A stretch of DNA of 64,000 bases, taken from the human T2T-CHM13v2.0 reference genome, Homo sapiens. The stretch lies in NCBI RefSeq assembly GCF_009914755.1, contig NC_060937.1, one strand, 5' to 3'. The notes under the pieces are model-generated. The model searched no databases and was not told where the DNA came from. It worked only from the letters and a program-made list of their open reading frames with translations. Within the stretch, counting starts at the first letter, position 1. Each line of letters opens with the position of its first letter. A program made the position numbers and the translations under genes. Of this stretch, positions 12,901 to 28,200 are shown piece by piece.

Positions 12901-15900
12901 TTTGAGGACTATATTGGAAAAGGAAATATCTTCACAAAAAACCAGACAGAAGCATTCTCAGAAACCTCTTTGTGATGTGTGTATACAACTCACAGAGTTG
13001 AACCTTTCTTTTCATTGAGCAGTTTTCAAATACTCTTTTTGTAGAAACTGCAAGTGGATATTTGGATAGTTTGAAGCCTATGGTGGAAAAGGAAATATCC
13101 TCACAAAAAAAAAACAGACAGAAGGATTCTCAGAAAATTCCTTGTGTTGTTTGTATTCAACCCACAGAGTTTAAACTTTTCTTTGATTGGGCAGTTTTGA
13201 AACACTCTTTTTCTAGAATCTGTAGGTGGATATTTGGAGTGCTTCGATGACTACGGGAGAAGAGGAAATGTCTTCACATAAAAACTAGACAGAAGCATTC
13301 TCAGAAACTTCCTTGTGACGTGTGCATTAAATAACAGTGTTGAACCATTGTTTAGAAGAGCATTTTGGAAACACTTCTTTTTTTTAGAAAATGCAAGTGG
13401 ATATTTGGAGCGCTTTGTGGCCTATGGTGGAAAAGAAAATATCTTCACATAAAAACTAGACAGAAGTATTCTCAGCAACTTCTTTGTGATGAGTTCATTC
13501 AATTCAGATAGTTGAACATTTCTTTTGATAGAGCAGTTTTGAAACAAACTTTCTGTAGAATCTGCAAGTGGCTATTTGGAACACACTGAAGCCTATGGTG
13601 GAAAAGGAAATATCTTCACATAAAAGCTAGACAGAAGCATTCTCAGAAACTTCTATGTGATGTATGCATTCAACTCACAGAGTTGAACCTTTCTTTGATA
13701 GAGCAGTTTTGAAACACTATTTTTGTAGAATCTGCAATTGGATATTTGGAGCGCTTTGATGCCTATGGTGGAAAAGGAAATATCCACACATAAAATCTAG
13801 ACAGCAGCATTCTCAGAAACTTGTTTGTGTTGTGTGCATTCAACTCACAGAATTGAAACTTTTCTTTGATTGAGCAGTTTTGAAAAAGTCTTTTTGTAGA
13901 ATCTGCAAGTGGATATTTGGAGCAGTTTGAGGCCTATGGTGTAAAAGGAAATATCTTCACATAAAAACTAGACAGAAGCATTCTCAGAAACTTCTTTGTC
14001 ATGTGTGAATTCAACTCACAGAGTTGAACCTTTCTTTCGTGGAGCAGTTTTGAAACACTCTTCTTGTAGAATCTGCAGGTAGATATTTGGAGCGCTTTGA
14101 GGCTTATGGTGGAAAAGGAAATATCTTCACATAAAAACTAGACAGAAGCATTCTCAGAAACTTCTTTGTGATAAGTGCATTCAACTCACAGAGTTGAACC
14201 TTTCTGTTGATAGAGCAGTTTTAAAACACTCTTTTTCTGGATTGGGAAAGTGGATATTTGGAGCACTTTGAGGCCTATAGTGGAAAAGGAAACACCTTCA
14301 CAAAATAACTAGAGCAGAAGCATTCTCAGAAAATTCTTTGTGATTTGTGCATTCAACTCAGAGTTAAACCTTTCTTTGATAGAGCAGTTTTGAAACACTC
14401 TTTTTGTAGAATCTGCAATTGGATATTTAGAGCTCTTTGATGCCTATGGTGGGAAAGGAAATATCCGCATATAAAAAGTAGACAGCAGCATTCTCAGAAC
14501 CTTGTTTGTGTTGTGTGCATTCAACTCACAGAGTTGAACTTTTCCTTTGATTGAGCAGTTTTGAAAAAGTCTTTTTGTAGAATCTACAAGTGGATATTTG
14601 GAGCAGTTTGAGGTCTATGGTGTAAAAGGAAATATCTTCACATGAAAACTAGACAGAAGCATTCTCAGAAACTTCTTTGTGATGAGTTCATTCAATTCAC
14701 ATAGTTGAACATTTCTTTTGATAGAGCAGTTTTGAAACACTCTTTCTGTAGAATCTACAAGTGGATATTTGGAGCACATTGAAGCCTATGATGGAAAAGG
14801 AAATATCTTCACATACAAGCTAGACAGAAGCATTCTCAGAAACTTCTTTGTGTTGTGTGCATTCAACTCACAAAGTTGAACTTTTCCTATGATTGAGCAG
14901 TTTTGAAACACTCTTTCTGAAGAATCTGCAAGTGGATATTTGGAGTGCTTTGAGGTCTATGGTGGAAAAGCAAACACCTTCACAAAAAAAACTAGAGCAG
15001 AAGCATTCTCAGAAACTTCTTTGTGATGTGTGCATTCAACTCACAGAGTTGAACCTTTCTTTGATAGAGCAGTTTTGAAACACTCTTTTTGTAGAATCTG
15101 CAATTGGATATTTGGAGCTCTTTGATGCCTATGGTGGAAAAGGAAATATCCGCACATAAAAACTAGACAGCAGCATTCTCAGAAACTTGTTTGTGTTGTG
15201 TGCATTCATCTCACAGAGTTGAAACTTTCCTTTGATTGAGCAGTTTTGAAAAAGTCCTTTTGCAGAATCTGCAAGTGGATATTTGGAGGCTTTGAGGCCT
15301 ATGGTGTAAAAGGAAATATCTTCACATAGAAACTAGACAGAAGCATTCTCTGAAACTTCTTTGTGATGTGTGCATTCAACTCACAGAGTTGAACCTTTCT
15401 TTTGTAGAGCAGTTTTGAAACACTCTTTTTGTAGAATCTGCAATTGGATATTTGGAGCTCTTTGATGCCTATGGTGGGAAAGGAAATATCCGCACATAAA
15501 AAGTAGATAGCAGCATTCTCAGAAACTTGTTTGTGTTGTGTGCATTCAACTCACAGAGTTGAACCTTTCCTTTGATTGAGCAGTTTTGAAAAAGTCTTTT
15601 TGTAGAATCTACAAGTGGATATTTGAAGCACATTGAAGCCTATGATGGAAAAGGAAATATCTTCACATACAAACTAGACAGAAGCATTCTCAGAAACTTC
15701 TTTGTGATAAGTGCATTCAACTCACAGAGATAAACCTTTCTGTTGATAGAGCAGTTTTAAAACACTCTTTTTCTGGAATCGGAAAGTGGATATTTGGAGT
15801 GCTTTGAGGCCTATAGTGGAAAAGGAAACACCTTCACAAAATAACTAGAGCAGAAGCATTCTCAGAAACTTCTTTGTGATTTGTGCATTCAACTCACAGA

Positions 15901-18900
15901 GTTGAACCTTTCTTTGATAGAGCAGTTTTGAAACACTCTTTTTGTAGAATCTGCAATTGGATATTTGGAGCTCTTTGATGCTTATGGTGGGAAAGGAAAT
16001 ATCCGCACATAAAAAGTAGATAGCAGCATTCTCAGAAACTTGTTTGTGTTGTGTGCATTCAACTCACAGAGTTGAACCTTTCCTTTGATTGAGCAGTTTT
16101 GAAAAAGTCTTTTTGTAGAATCTACAAGTGGATATTTGAAGCACATTGAAGCCTATGATGGAAAAGGAAATATCTTCACATACAAACTAGACAGAAGCAT
16201 TCTCAGAAACTTCTTTGTGATGAGTGCATTCAACTCACAGAGTTGGACCTTTCTGTTGATAGAGCAGTTTTAAAACACTCTGTTTCTGGAATCCGAAAGT
16301 GGATATTTGGAGTGCTTTGAGGCCTATGTTGGAAAAGGAAATATCTTCACATAAAAACTAGACAGAAGCATTCTCAGAAACTTCTTTGTGCTAGGTGCAT
16401 TCAACTCACATAGTTGAACCTTTCTATTGATAGAGCAGTTTTGAAACACTCTTTTTGTAGTATCTGCCAGTGATTATTTGGAGTGCTTTGAGGCCTACGG
16501 TGGAAATGGAAATATCTTCAAATAAAAACTAGGCAGAAGCATTGTCAGAAACTTATTTGTGTTGTGTGCATTCAACTCACAGAGTTGTACTTTTCCTTTG
16601 ATTTAGCAGTTTTGAAAAAGTCTTTTTGTAGTATCTGCAAGTGGATATTTGGAGCACTTTGAGGCCTATGGTGGAAAGGAAAAACCTTCACAAAAAAAAC
16701 TGGAGCAGCAGCATTCTTAGAAACTCCTTTGTGATGTGTGCATTCAACTCACACTATTGAAACTTTCTTTAGATAGATCAGTTTTGAAACACACTTTTTG
16801 TTGAATCTGCAATTGGATATTTGCAGCGCTTTGAGGCCTATGGTTGAAAAGCAAATATCCTCACGTAAAAACTAGACAGAAGCATTCTCAGAGACTTGTT
16901 TGTGTTGTGTGAATTCAACGCACAGAGTTGAACCATTCCTTTGATTGAGCAGTTTTGAAACACTCTTTTTGAACAATCTGCCAGTGGATATTTGATGCGC
17001 TTTGATGTCTATGGTGTAATAGGAACTATCTTTACATAAAAACTAGACAGATGCATTCTCAGAATCTTTCTTGTCATATGTGCATTCAACTCGCAGTGTT
17101 GAACCTTTGTTTTGAAGAGCAGTTTTGAAACACTTTTTTTTTAGGATCTGCAGGTGGATATTTGGAGTGCTTTGTGGCCTATGGAGGAAAACAAAATATC
17201 TTCACATAAAAAGTCGACAGAAACATTCTCAGAAACTACTTTGTGATGAGTGCATTCTATTCAAAGAGTTGAACGTTTCTTTTTATAGAGCAATTTTGAA
17301 ACACTCTTTTCGTAGATTCTGCAAATGGATTCTGGAGCGATTTGAGGCCTATGTTGGAAAAGTAAATATCTTCACATAAAAACTTGACTGAAGCATTCTC
17401 AGAAACATCTTTGTGTTGTGTGCATTCAACTCACCGAGTTGAATATTTCCTTTGATTGAGTAGTTTTGAAACACTCTTTTTGTAGAATCTGTAAGTGGAT
17501 ATTTGGAGCGATTTGAGGCCTATGGTGGAAAAGATAATATCTTGACATAAAAACTAGACAGGAGCATTGTCAGAAACTTCTTTTTGATGTGAGCATTCAC
17601 ATCACAGAGTTGAAGATTTTTTTTTTGGATAGAGTAGTTTTGACACACTCTTTTTCTAGAATCTGAATGTGGATATTTGGAGCGTTTTGAGGCCTATGGT
17701 GAAAAAGGCAATATCTTCACATAAAAATTAGGAGCATTCTCAGAAACTTCTTTGTGATCTGTGCATTCAACTCACAGAGCTGGTACTTTCTGTTCACAGA
17801 TCAGTTTTGAAACACTCTTTTTGTAGAATCTGCAAGTGGATATTTGGTGGGTTTGAGGCCTTTGGCGGAAAAGGAAATATCTTCACATAAAAACTGGACA
17901 GATGCATTCTCAGAAACTTCTTGGTGATGAGTCCATTCAACTCAGAGAGTTGAACCTTCCTTTTGATAGAGCAGTTTTGAAACACTCTTTTTTTAGAATC
18001 TGCAAGTGCATATTTGGAGCGCTTTGAGGCCTACGGTGGTAAAGGAAATATCTTCACATAAAAACTAGAGAGAAGCATTCTCCGAAACTTCTTTGTGATG
18101 AGTGAATTCAACGCACAGAGCTGAACCTTTCTTTTGATAGAGCAGTTTTGAAACACTCTTTTTGTAGGATCTGCAAGTAGATATTTGGAGTGCTCTGAGG
18201 CCTATGGTGGAAAAGGAAATATCATCATATAAAAACCAGACAGAAGAATTCTCAGAAACTTCTTTGTGTTGTGTGTATTCAACTCACAGAGTTGAAATGT
18301 TCCTTTGACTGAGCAGTTTTGAAACACTCTTTTTGTAGAATCTGCAAGTGGATATTTGGAGTGCTTTGAGGCCTATGGTGGAAAAGGAAACACCTTCCCA
18401 TAAAAAGTAGAGCAGAAACATTCTTAGAAACTTCTTTCTGATGTGTTCATTCATCTCACAAAGATGAACCTTTGTTTTGTTAGAGCAGTTTTGAAACACT
18501 CTTTTTGTGGAATCTGCAAGTGGATATTTGGAGCGCTTTGAGGCCTATTGTGGGAAAGGAAATATCCTCACATAAAAATTAGACAGAAGCATTCTCAGAA
18601 ACTTGTTTGTGTTGTGTGCATTCAGCTTACAGAGTTGAACCTTTCCTTTGATTGAGCAATTTTGAAACAGTCTTTTTGTAGTATCTACAAGTGAATATTT
18701 GGAGCACTTTGAGGCCTATGGTGGAAAAGGAAATATCTTCACATAAAAACTAGACAGAAGCATACCCAGAAACTTCTTCTGATGAGTGCGTTCTACTCAC
18801 AGTGTTGAACCTTTCTTTGAAAGATGAGTTTTGAAACACTCTTTCTGTGGAAACTGCAAGTGGATATTTTTAGCGTTTTGAGGCCTATGGTGGAAAAGGA

Positions 18901-19187
18901 AATATCCTCACATAAAAACTAGACCGAAGTATTGTCAGAAACTTCTTTGTGATATGTGCATTCAACTCACAGTGTTGAACATTTTTTTGATAGAGCAGTT
19001 TTGAAACACTCTTTTTCTAGAAACTGAATGTGGATATTTGGAGTGCTTTGAGGCCTATGGTGGAAAAGGAAATATCCTCACATAAAAACTAGACAGAAGC
19101 ATTCTCAGAAACTTTTTGGTAGTGTGCGCATTCAACTCACAGAGTTGAAATTTTCTGTTGATAGAGTAGTTTTGAAACACTCTTTTT
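989..19187 (+). repeat. Alpha satellite, divergent mostly monomeric array, forward orientation, several layers
   Basis: Continuous ~171 bp periodicity of AAACTAGACAGAAGCATTCT(C/G)A(G/C)AAACTTCTTTGTGATGTGTGCATTC. Mostly A-type box (CTATGGTGGAAAAGGAA); units differ substantially from each other. Confidence 0.98.
10692..10708 (+). promoter_or_regulatory. CENP-B box core (isolated)
   Basis: CTTCGGTGGAAACGGGA matches all nine core positions of nTTCGnnnnAnnCGGGn. Confidence 0.8.
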
Positions 19188-19419
19188 CCTTTTTTTATTT
19201 TCATTTATTTATTATTATTGTACTTCAAGTTTTAGGGTACATGTGAACAATGTGCAGGTTAGTTACATATGTATACATGTGACATGCTGGTGCGCTGCAA
19301 CCACTAACTCGTCATCTAACATTAGTTATATCTCGCAATGCTATCCCTCCCCCCTCCCCCCACCCAAACAGGCCCTAGTGTGTGATGTTCCCCTTCCTGT
19401 GTCCATGTGTTCTCATTGT

Positions 19420-23278
<3,859 letters not shown>

Positions 23279-23314
23279 TTAGTTGATGCAGTTTCTTCCT
23301 AGTCTCGATGGTCT

Positions 23315-24331
23315 TTACATTTTGGCATGATTTTGCAGCAGCTGGTACTGGTTGTTCCTTTCCATGTTTAGCGTTTCATTCAGGAGCTCTTTTAGGGCAG
23401 GCCTGGTGTGACAAAATCTCTCAGCTTTTGCTTGTATGTAAAGTATTTTATTTCTCCTTCACTTATGAAGCTTAGTTTGGCTGGATATGAAATTCTGGGT
23501 TGAAAATTCTTTTCTTTAAGAAAGTTGAATATTGGCCCCCACTCTCTTCTGGTTTCTAGGGTTTCTGACAAGAGATCCGCTGTTAGTCTGATGGACTTCC
23601 CTTTGAGGGTAACCCGACCTTTCTTTCTGGCTGCCCTTAACATTTTTTCCTTCATTTCCACTTTGGTGAATCTGACAATTATGTGTCTTGGAGTTGCTCT
23701 TCTCGAGGTGTATCTTTGTGGCGTTCTCTGTATTTCCTGAATCTGAACTTTGGCCTGCCTTGTTAGATTGGGGAAGTTCTCCTGGATAATATCCTGCAGA
23801 GTGTTTTCCAACTTGATTCCATTCTCCCCGTCACTTTCAGGTACACCAATCAGACGTAGATTTGGTCTTTTCACATAGTCCCATATTTATTGGAGGCTTT
23901 GCTCATTTCTTTTTATTCTTTTTTTCTCTAAACTTCCCTTCTCTCTTCATTTCATTCATTTCATCTTCCATTGCTGATACCGTTTCTTCCAGTTGATCGC
24001 ATCAGCTCCTGAGGCTTCTGCATTCTTCACGTAGTTCTCGAGCCTTGGTTTTCAGCTCCATCAGCTCCTTTAAGCACTTCTCTTTATTGGTTATTCTAGT
24101 TATACATTCTTCTAAATTTTTTTCAATGTTTTCAACTTCTTTGCCTTTGGTTTGAATGTCCTCCCATAGCTCAGAGTAATTTGATCGTCTGAAGCCTTCT
24201 TCTCTCAGCTCGTCAAAGTCGTTCTCCGTCCAGCTTTGTTCCATTGCTGGTGAGGAACTGCGTTCCTCTGGAGGAGGAGAGGCGCTCTGCTTTTTAGAGT
24301 TTCCAGTTTTTCTGTTCTGTTTTTTCCCCAT
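23315..24331 (-). pseudogene. L1 ORF1p (RNA-binding chaperone), disrupted
   Basis: Starts MGKKQNRKTGNSKKQSAS; premature TGA at 24002-24004 where the consensus has CGA (RSLRS-R-CDQ); second fragment MKRPNLRLIGVPE at 23392-23874; native end NHAKM* at 23315. Confidence 0.95.
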
Positions 24332-25231
24332 CATTATGGTTTTATCTACTTTTGGTCTTTGACGATGGTGATGTACAGATGGGTTTTTGGTGTGGATGTC
24401 CTTTCTGTTTGTTAGTTTTCCTTCTAACAGACAGGACCCTCAGCTGCAGGACTGTTGGAGTACCCTGCCGTGTGAGGTGTCAGTGTGCCCCTGCTCGGGG
24501 GTGCCTCCCAGTTAGGCTGCTCGGGGGTCAGGGCTCAGGGACCCACTTGAGGAGGTAGTCTGCCCATTCTCAGATCTCCAGCTGTGTACTGGGAGAACCA
24601 CTGCTCTCTTCAAAGCTGTCAGACAGGGACATATGAGTCTGCAGAGGTTACTGCTGTCTTTTTGTTTGTCTGTGCCCTGCCCCCAGAGGTGGAGCCTACA
24701 GAGGCAGGCAGGCCTCCTTGAGCTGTGGTGGGCTCCACCCAGTTCGAGCTTCCCGGCTGCTTTGTTTACCTAAGCAAGCCTGGGCAATGGCGGGCACCCC
24801 TCCCCCAGCCTCGCTGCCACCTTGCAGTTTGATCTCAGACTGCTGTGCTAGCAATCAGTGAGACTCCGTGGGCGTAGGACCCTCCAAACCAGCTGCGGGA
24901 TATAATCTCGTGGTGCGCCATTTTTTAAGTCCATCGGAAAAGTGCAGTATTCGGGTGGAAGTGACCCGATTTTCCAGGTGCCGTCCGTCACCCCTATCTT
25001 TGACTAGGAAAGGGAATTTCCTGACCCCTTGTGCTTTCCGAGTGAGGCAATGCCTCACCCTGCTTCGGCTCACGCATGGTGCGTGCACCCACTGACCTGC
25101 GCCCACTGTCTGGCATTCCTTAGTGAGATGAACCTGGTACCTCAGATGGAAATGCAGAAATCCCCCGTCTTCTGTGTCACTCATGCTGGGAGCTGTAGAC
25201 AGGAGCTGTTACTATTCGGCCATCTTGGCTC
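24332..25231 (-). promoter_or_regulatory. L1 5'UTR internal promoter with intact YY1 site; includes the antisense promoter region
   Basis: The only GC-rich stretch in the window. GGCCATCTTG at 25218-25227 is the reverse complement of the YY1 site CAAGATGGCC. Many CpGs appear decayed to TpG/CpA. Confidence 0.85.
24787..25003 (+). pseudogene. L1 antisense ORF0, inactivated
   Basis: ATG at 24787 translates MAGTPPPASLPPCSLISDCCASNQ then TGA at 24859-24861 (CGA in the consensus). The remainder appears in track ORF 24868-25095 (GVGPSKP...VTRFSRC). Confidence 0.8.
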
Positions 25232-28200
25232 TCTGTCTAGTTTTTATGTGAAGATATTCCCGTTTAAAACGAAGGCCTCAAAGCAGTCCAAATATCCACT
25301 TGCAGATTCTATGAAAAGAAAGTTTCAAAACTGCTCTATGAAAAGGTGTGTTCAACTCTGTGAGTTGAATGCAAGTATCAGAAAGTTTCTGAGAATGCTT
25401 CTGTCTAATGTTTATGTGAAGACATTTACTTCCACCATAGGCCTCAAATCTCTCCAAATGACCACTTGTAGCTTCTGCAAAATGAGTGTGTCAAAACTGA
25501 TCTATCAAAAGAAAGGTTCAACTCTCTGAGTTGAATACACACATCACAAAGAAGTTTCTGAGAATGCTTCGGTCTAGTTTTTATGTGAAGATATTCCCGT
25601 TTACAACAAAGGCCTCAAAGCAGTCCAAATATCCACTTGCAAATTCTACGAAAACAGTATTTCAAAACTACTCTATGAAAAGGTATCTTCATCTCTGTGA
25701 GTTGAATGCAAACAACACGTAGAAGTTTCTGAGAATGCTTCTGTCAAGTTTTTTTCTGAAGATATTTCAGTTTCCACCATAGGCCTCAAAATGTTCCCAA
25801 TGTCCACTTGCAGATTCTACAAAAAGAATTTTTCAAAGCTGCTGAATCAAGAGAAAGGTTCAACTCTATGTGTTGAATGCACACATCACAAAGAAGTTTC
25901 TGAGAATGTTTCTGTCTAGTTTTTATGTGAAGATATTCCCGTTTCCAATGAAGGCCTCAAAGTAGTCCAAATATCCACTTGTAGTATTAAGAAAAGAGTG
26001 TTTCAAAACTGGTCTATGAAAAGGTATGTTAAATTCTGTGAGTTGAATACAAACATCACAAAGAAGTTTCTGAGAATGCTTCGGTCTGGGTTTTATGTGA
26101 AGATATTCCCTTTTCTACCATAGGCCTCGAAGCTCTCCAAATGTCCACTTGCAGATTCTACAAAAAGAGTGTTTCAAAACTGCTCTATCATAAGAAAGTT
26201 TCAACTCTGTGAGTTGAAGGCACATATCACAAAGTACATTCTCAGAATTCTTCTGTCTAGTTTTCATGTGAAGATATTCCCATTTCCAATGAAGGCCTCA
26301 AAGCAGTCCAAATATCCACTTGCAGATACCACGAATAGAGTGTTTCAAAACTGCTCTGTGAAAAGGTATGTTCTACTCTGTGAGTTGAATGCAAACATCA
26401 CAAAAACTTTCTGAGGATGCTTCTGTCTAGTTTTTATGTGAAGATATTTCCTTTCCACCATATGCCTCAAAGCTCTCCAAATGTCCACTTGTAGATTATT
26501 CAAAAAGATTGTTTCAAAACTGCTCTATGAAAAGGAAGGCTCAACTCTGTGAGTTGAATGCACACATCACAAAGAAGTTTCTGGGAGTGTTTCTGTGTAG
26601 TTTTTATGGGAAGATATTCCCGTTTCCAAAGAAGGCCTCAATGCCATCAAAATATCCACTTGCAGGTTCTACGAAAAGTGTGTTTCAAAACTACTCTATG
26701 AAAACGTATGTTCAACTCTGTGTGTTGAATCAAACATCACAAAGAAGTTTGTGAGAATGTTTCTGTCTGGTTTTTATGTGAAGATATCCCCTTTTCCACC
26801 ATAGGCCTCAATGCTCTCCAAATGTAATTTTGCAGATTCTACAAAAAGAGTGTTTCAGAACTGCACTATCAAAAGAAAGGCTCAACTCTGTGATTTTAAT
26901 GCACACATCACAAAGAAGTTTCTGAGAATGCTTCTGTCTAGTTTTTATGTGAATATATTCCTGTTTCCAACGAAGGCCTCAAAGCAGTCCAAATATCCAC
27001 TTGCAGATTCTACGAAAGGAGTGTTTCAAAACTGCTTTATGAAAAGGTATGTTCAACTGTGTGAATTGAATGCAAACATCACAAAAAAGTTTCTGGGAAT
27101 ACTTCTGTCTAGTACTTAAATGAAGATGTTTCATTTCCACCATAGCCCTCAAAGCTCTCCAAATGTCCACTTGAAGATTCTACAATATGAGTGTTTCAAA
27201 ACTGCTCTATCAAAAGAAAGGTTCAACTGTGTGAGTTGAATGCACACATGACAAAGAAGTTTTTGAGAATTCTTCTTTCTAGTTTTTATGTGAAGATGTT
27301 TCCTTTCCAACATAGGCCTTAAAGCTCTACAAATGTCAACTTGCAGATCCTACAAAATGAGTGTTTCAAAACTGCTCAATCAAAAGAAAGGTTCAACTCA
27401 GTGAGGTGAATGCACCCATCACAAAGAGGTTTCTGAGAATGCTTCTGTGTAGTTTTTATGGGAAGATATTTCCGTTTCCAATGAAGGCCTCAAAGCAGTC
27501 CAAATATCCACTTGCAGATTCTATGAAAAGAGTGTTTCAAAACTGCTCAATGAAAAGGTATGTTCATCTCTGTGAGTTGAATGCAAGTATCAGAAAGGAG
27601 TTTCTGAGAATGCTTCTGTCTAATGTTTATGTGAAGATATTTACTTCCACCAAATGCCTCAAAGCTCTCCAAATGACCACTTGCAGATTCTGCAAAAGGA
27701 GTGTTTCAAAACTGCTCAATCAAAAGAAAGGTTCACCTCTGTGAGTTCAATACACATATCACAAAGAAGTTTCTGAGAATTCTTCTGTCTAGTTTTTATG
27801 TGAACATATTCCCGTTTACAACGAAGGCCTCAATGCAGTCCAAATATCCACTTGTAGATTCTACGAAAACAGTGTTTCAAAACTACTCTATGAAAAGGTA
27901 TCTTCATCTCTGTGAGTTGAATGCAAGCAACACAAAGAAGTTTCTGAGAATGCTTCTGTCAACTTTTTATGTGAAGATATTTCATTTTCTACCATAGGCC
28001 TCAAAGCTCTCACAATGTCCACTTGCAGATTCTACAAAAAGAGTGTTTCAAAGCTGCTGAATCAAAAGAACGGTTCAACTCTATGAGTTGAATGCACACA
28101 ACACAAAGAAGTTTCTGAGAATGATTCTGTCTAGTTTTCATGTGAAGATATTCCCGTTTCCAATGAAGGCGCCAAAGCAATCCAAATATCCACTTGCAGA

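Noticed and set aside
25029-25529. 166-aa ORF crossing the L1 5'UTR/alpha junction as a possible chimeric gene
   Set aside because: Non-ATG start, not the ORF0 start, and the 3' half is plain alphoid translation; chance read-through.
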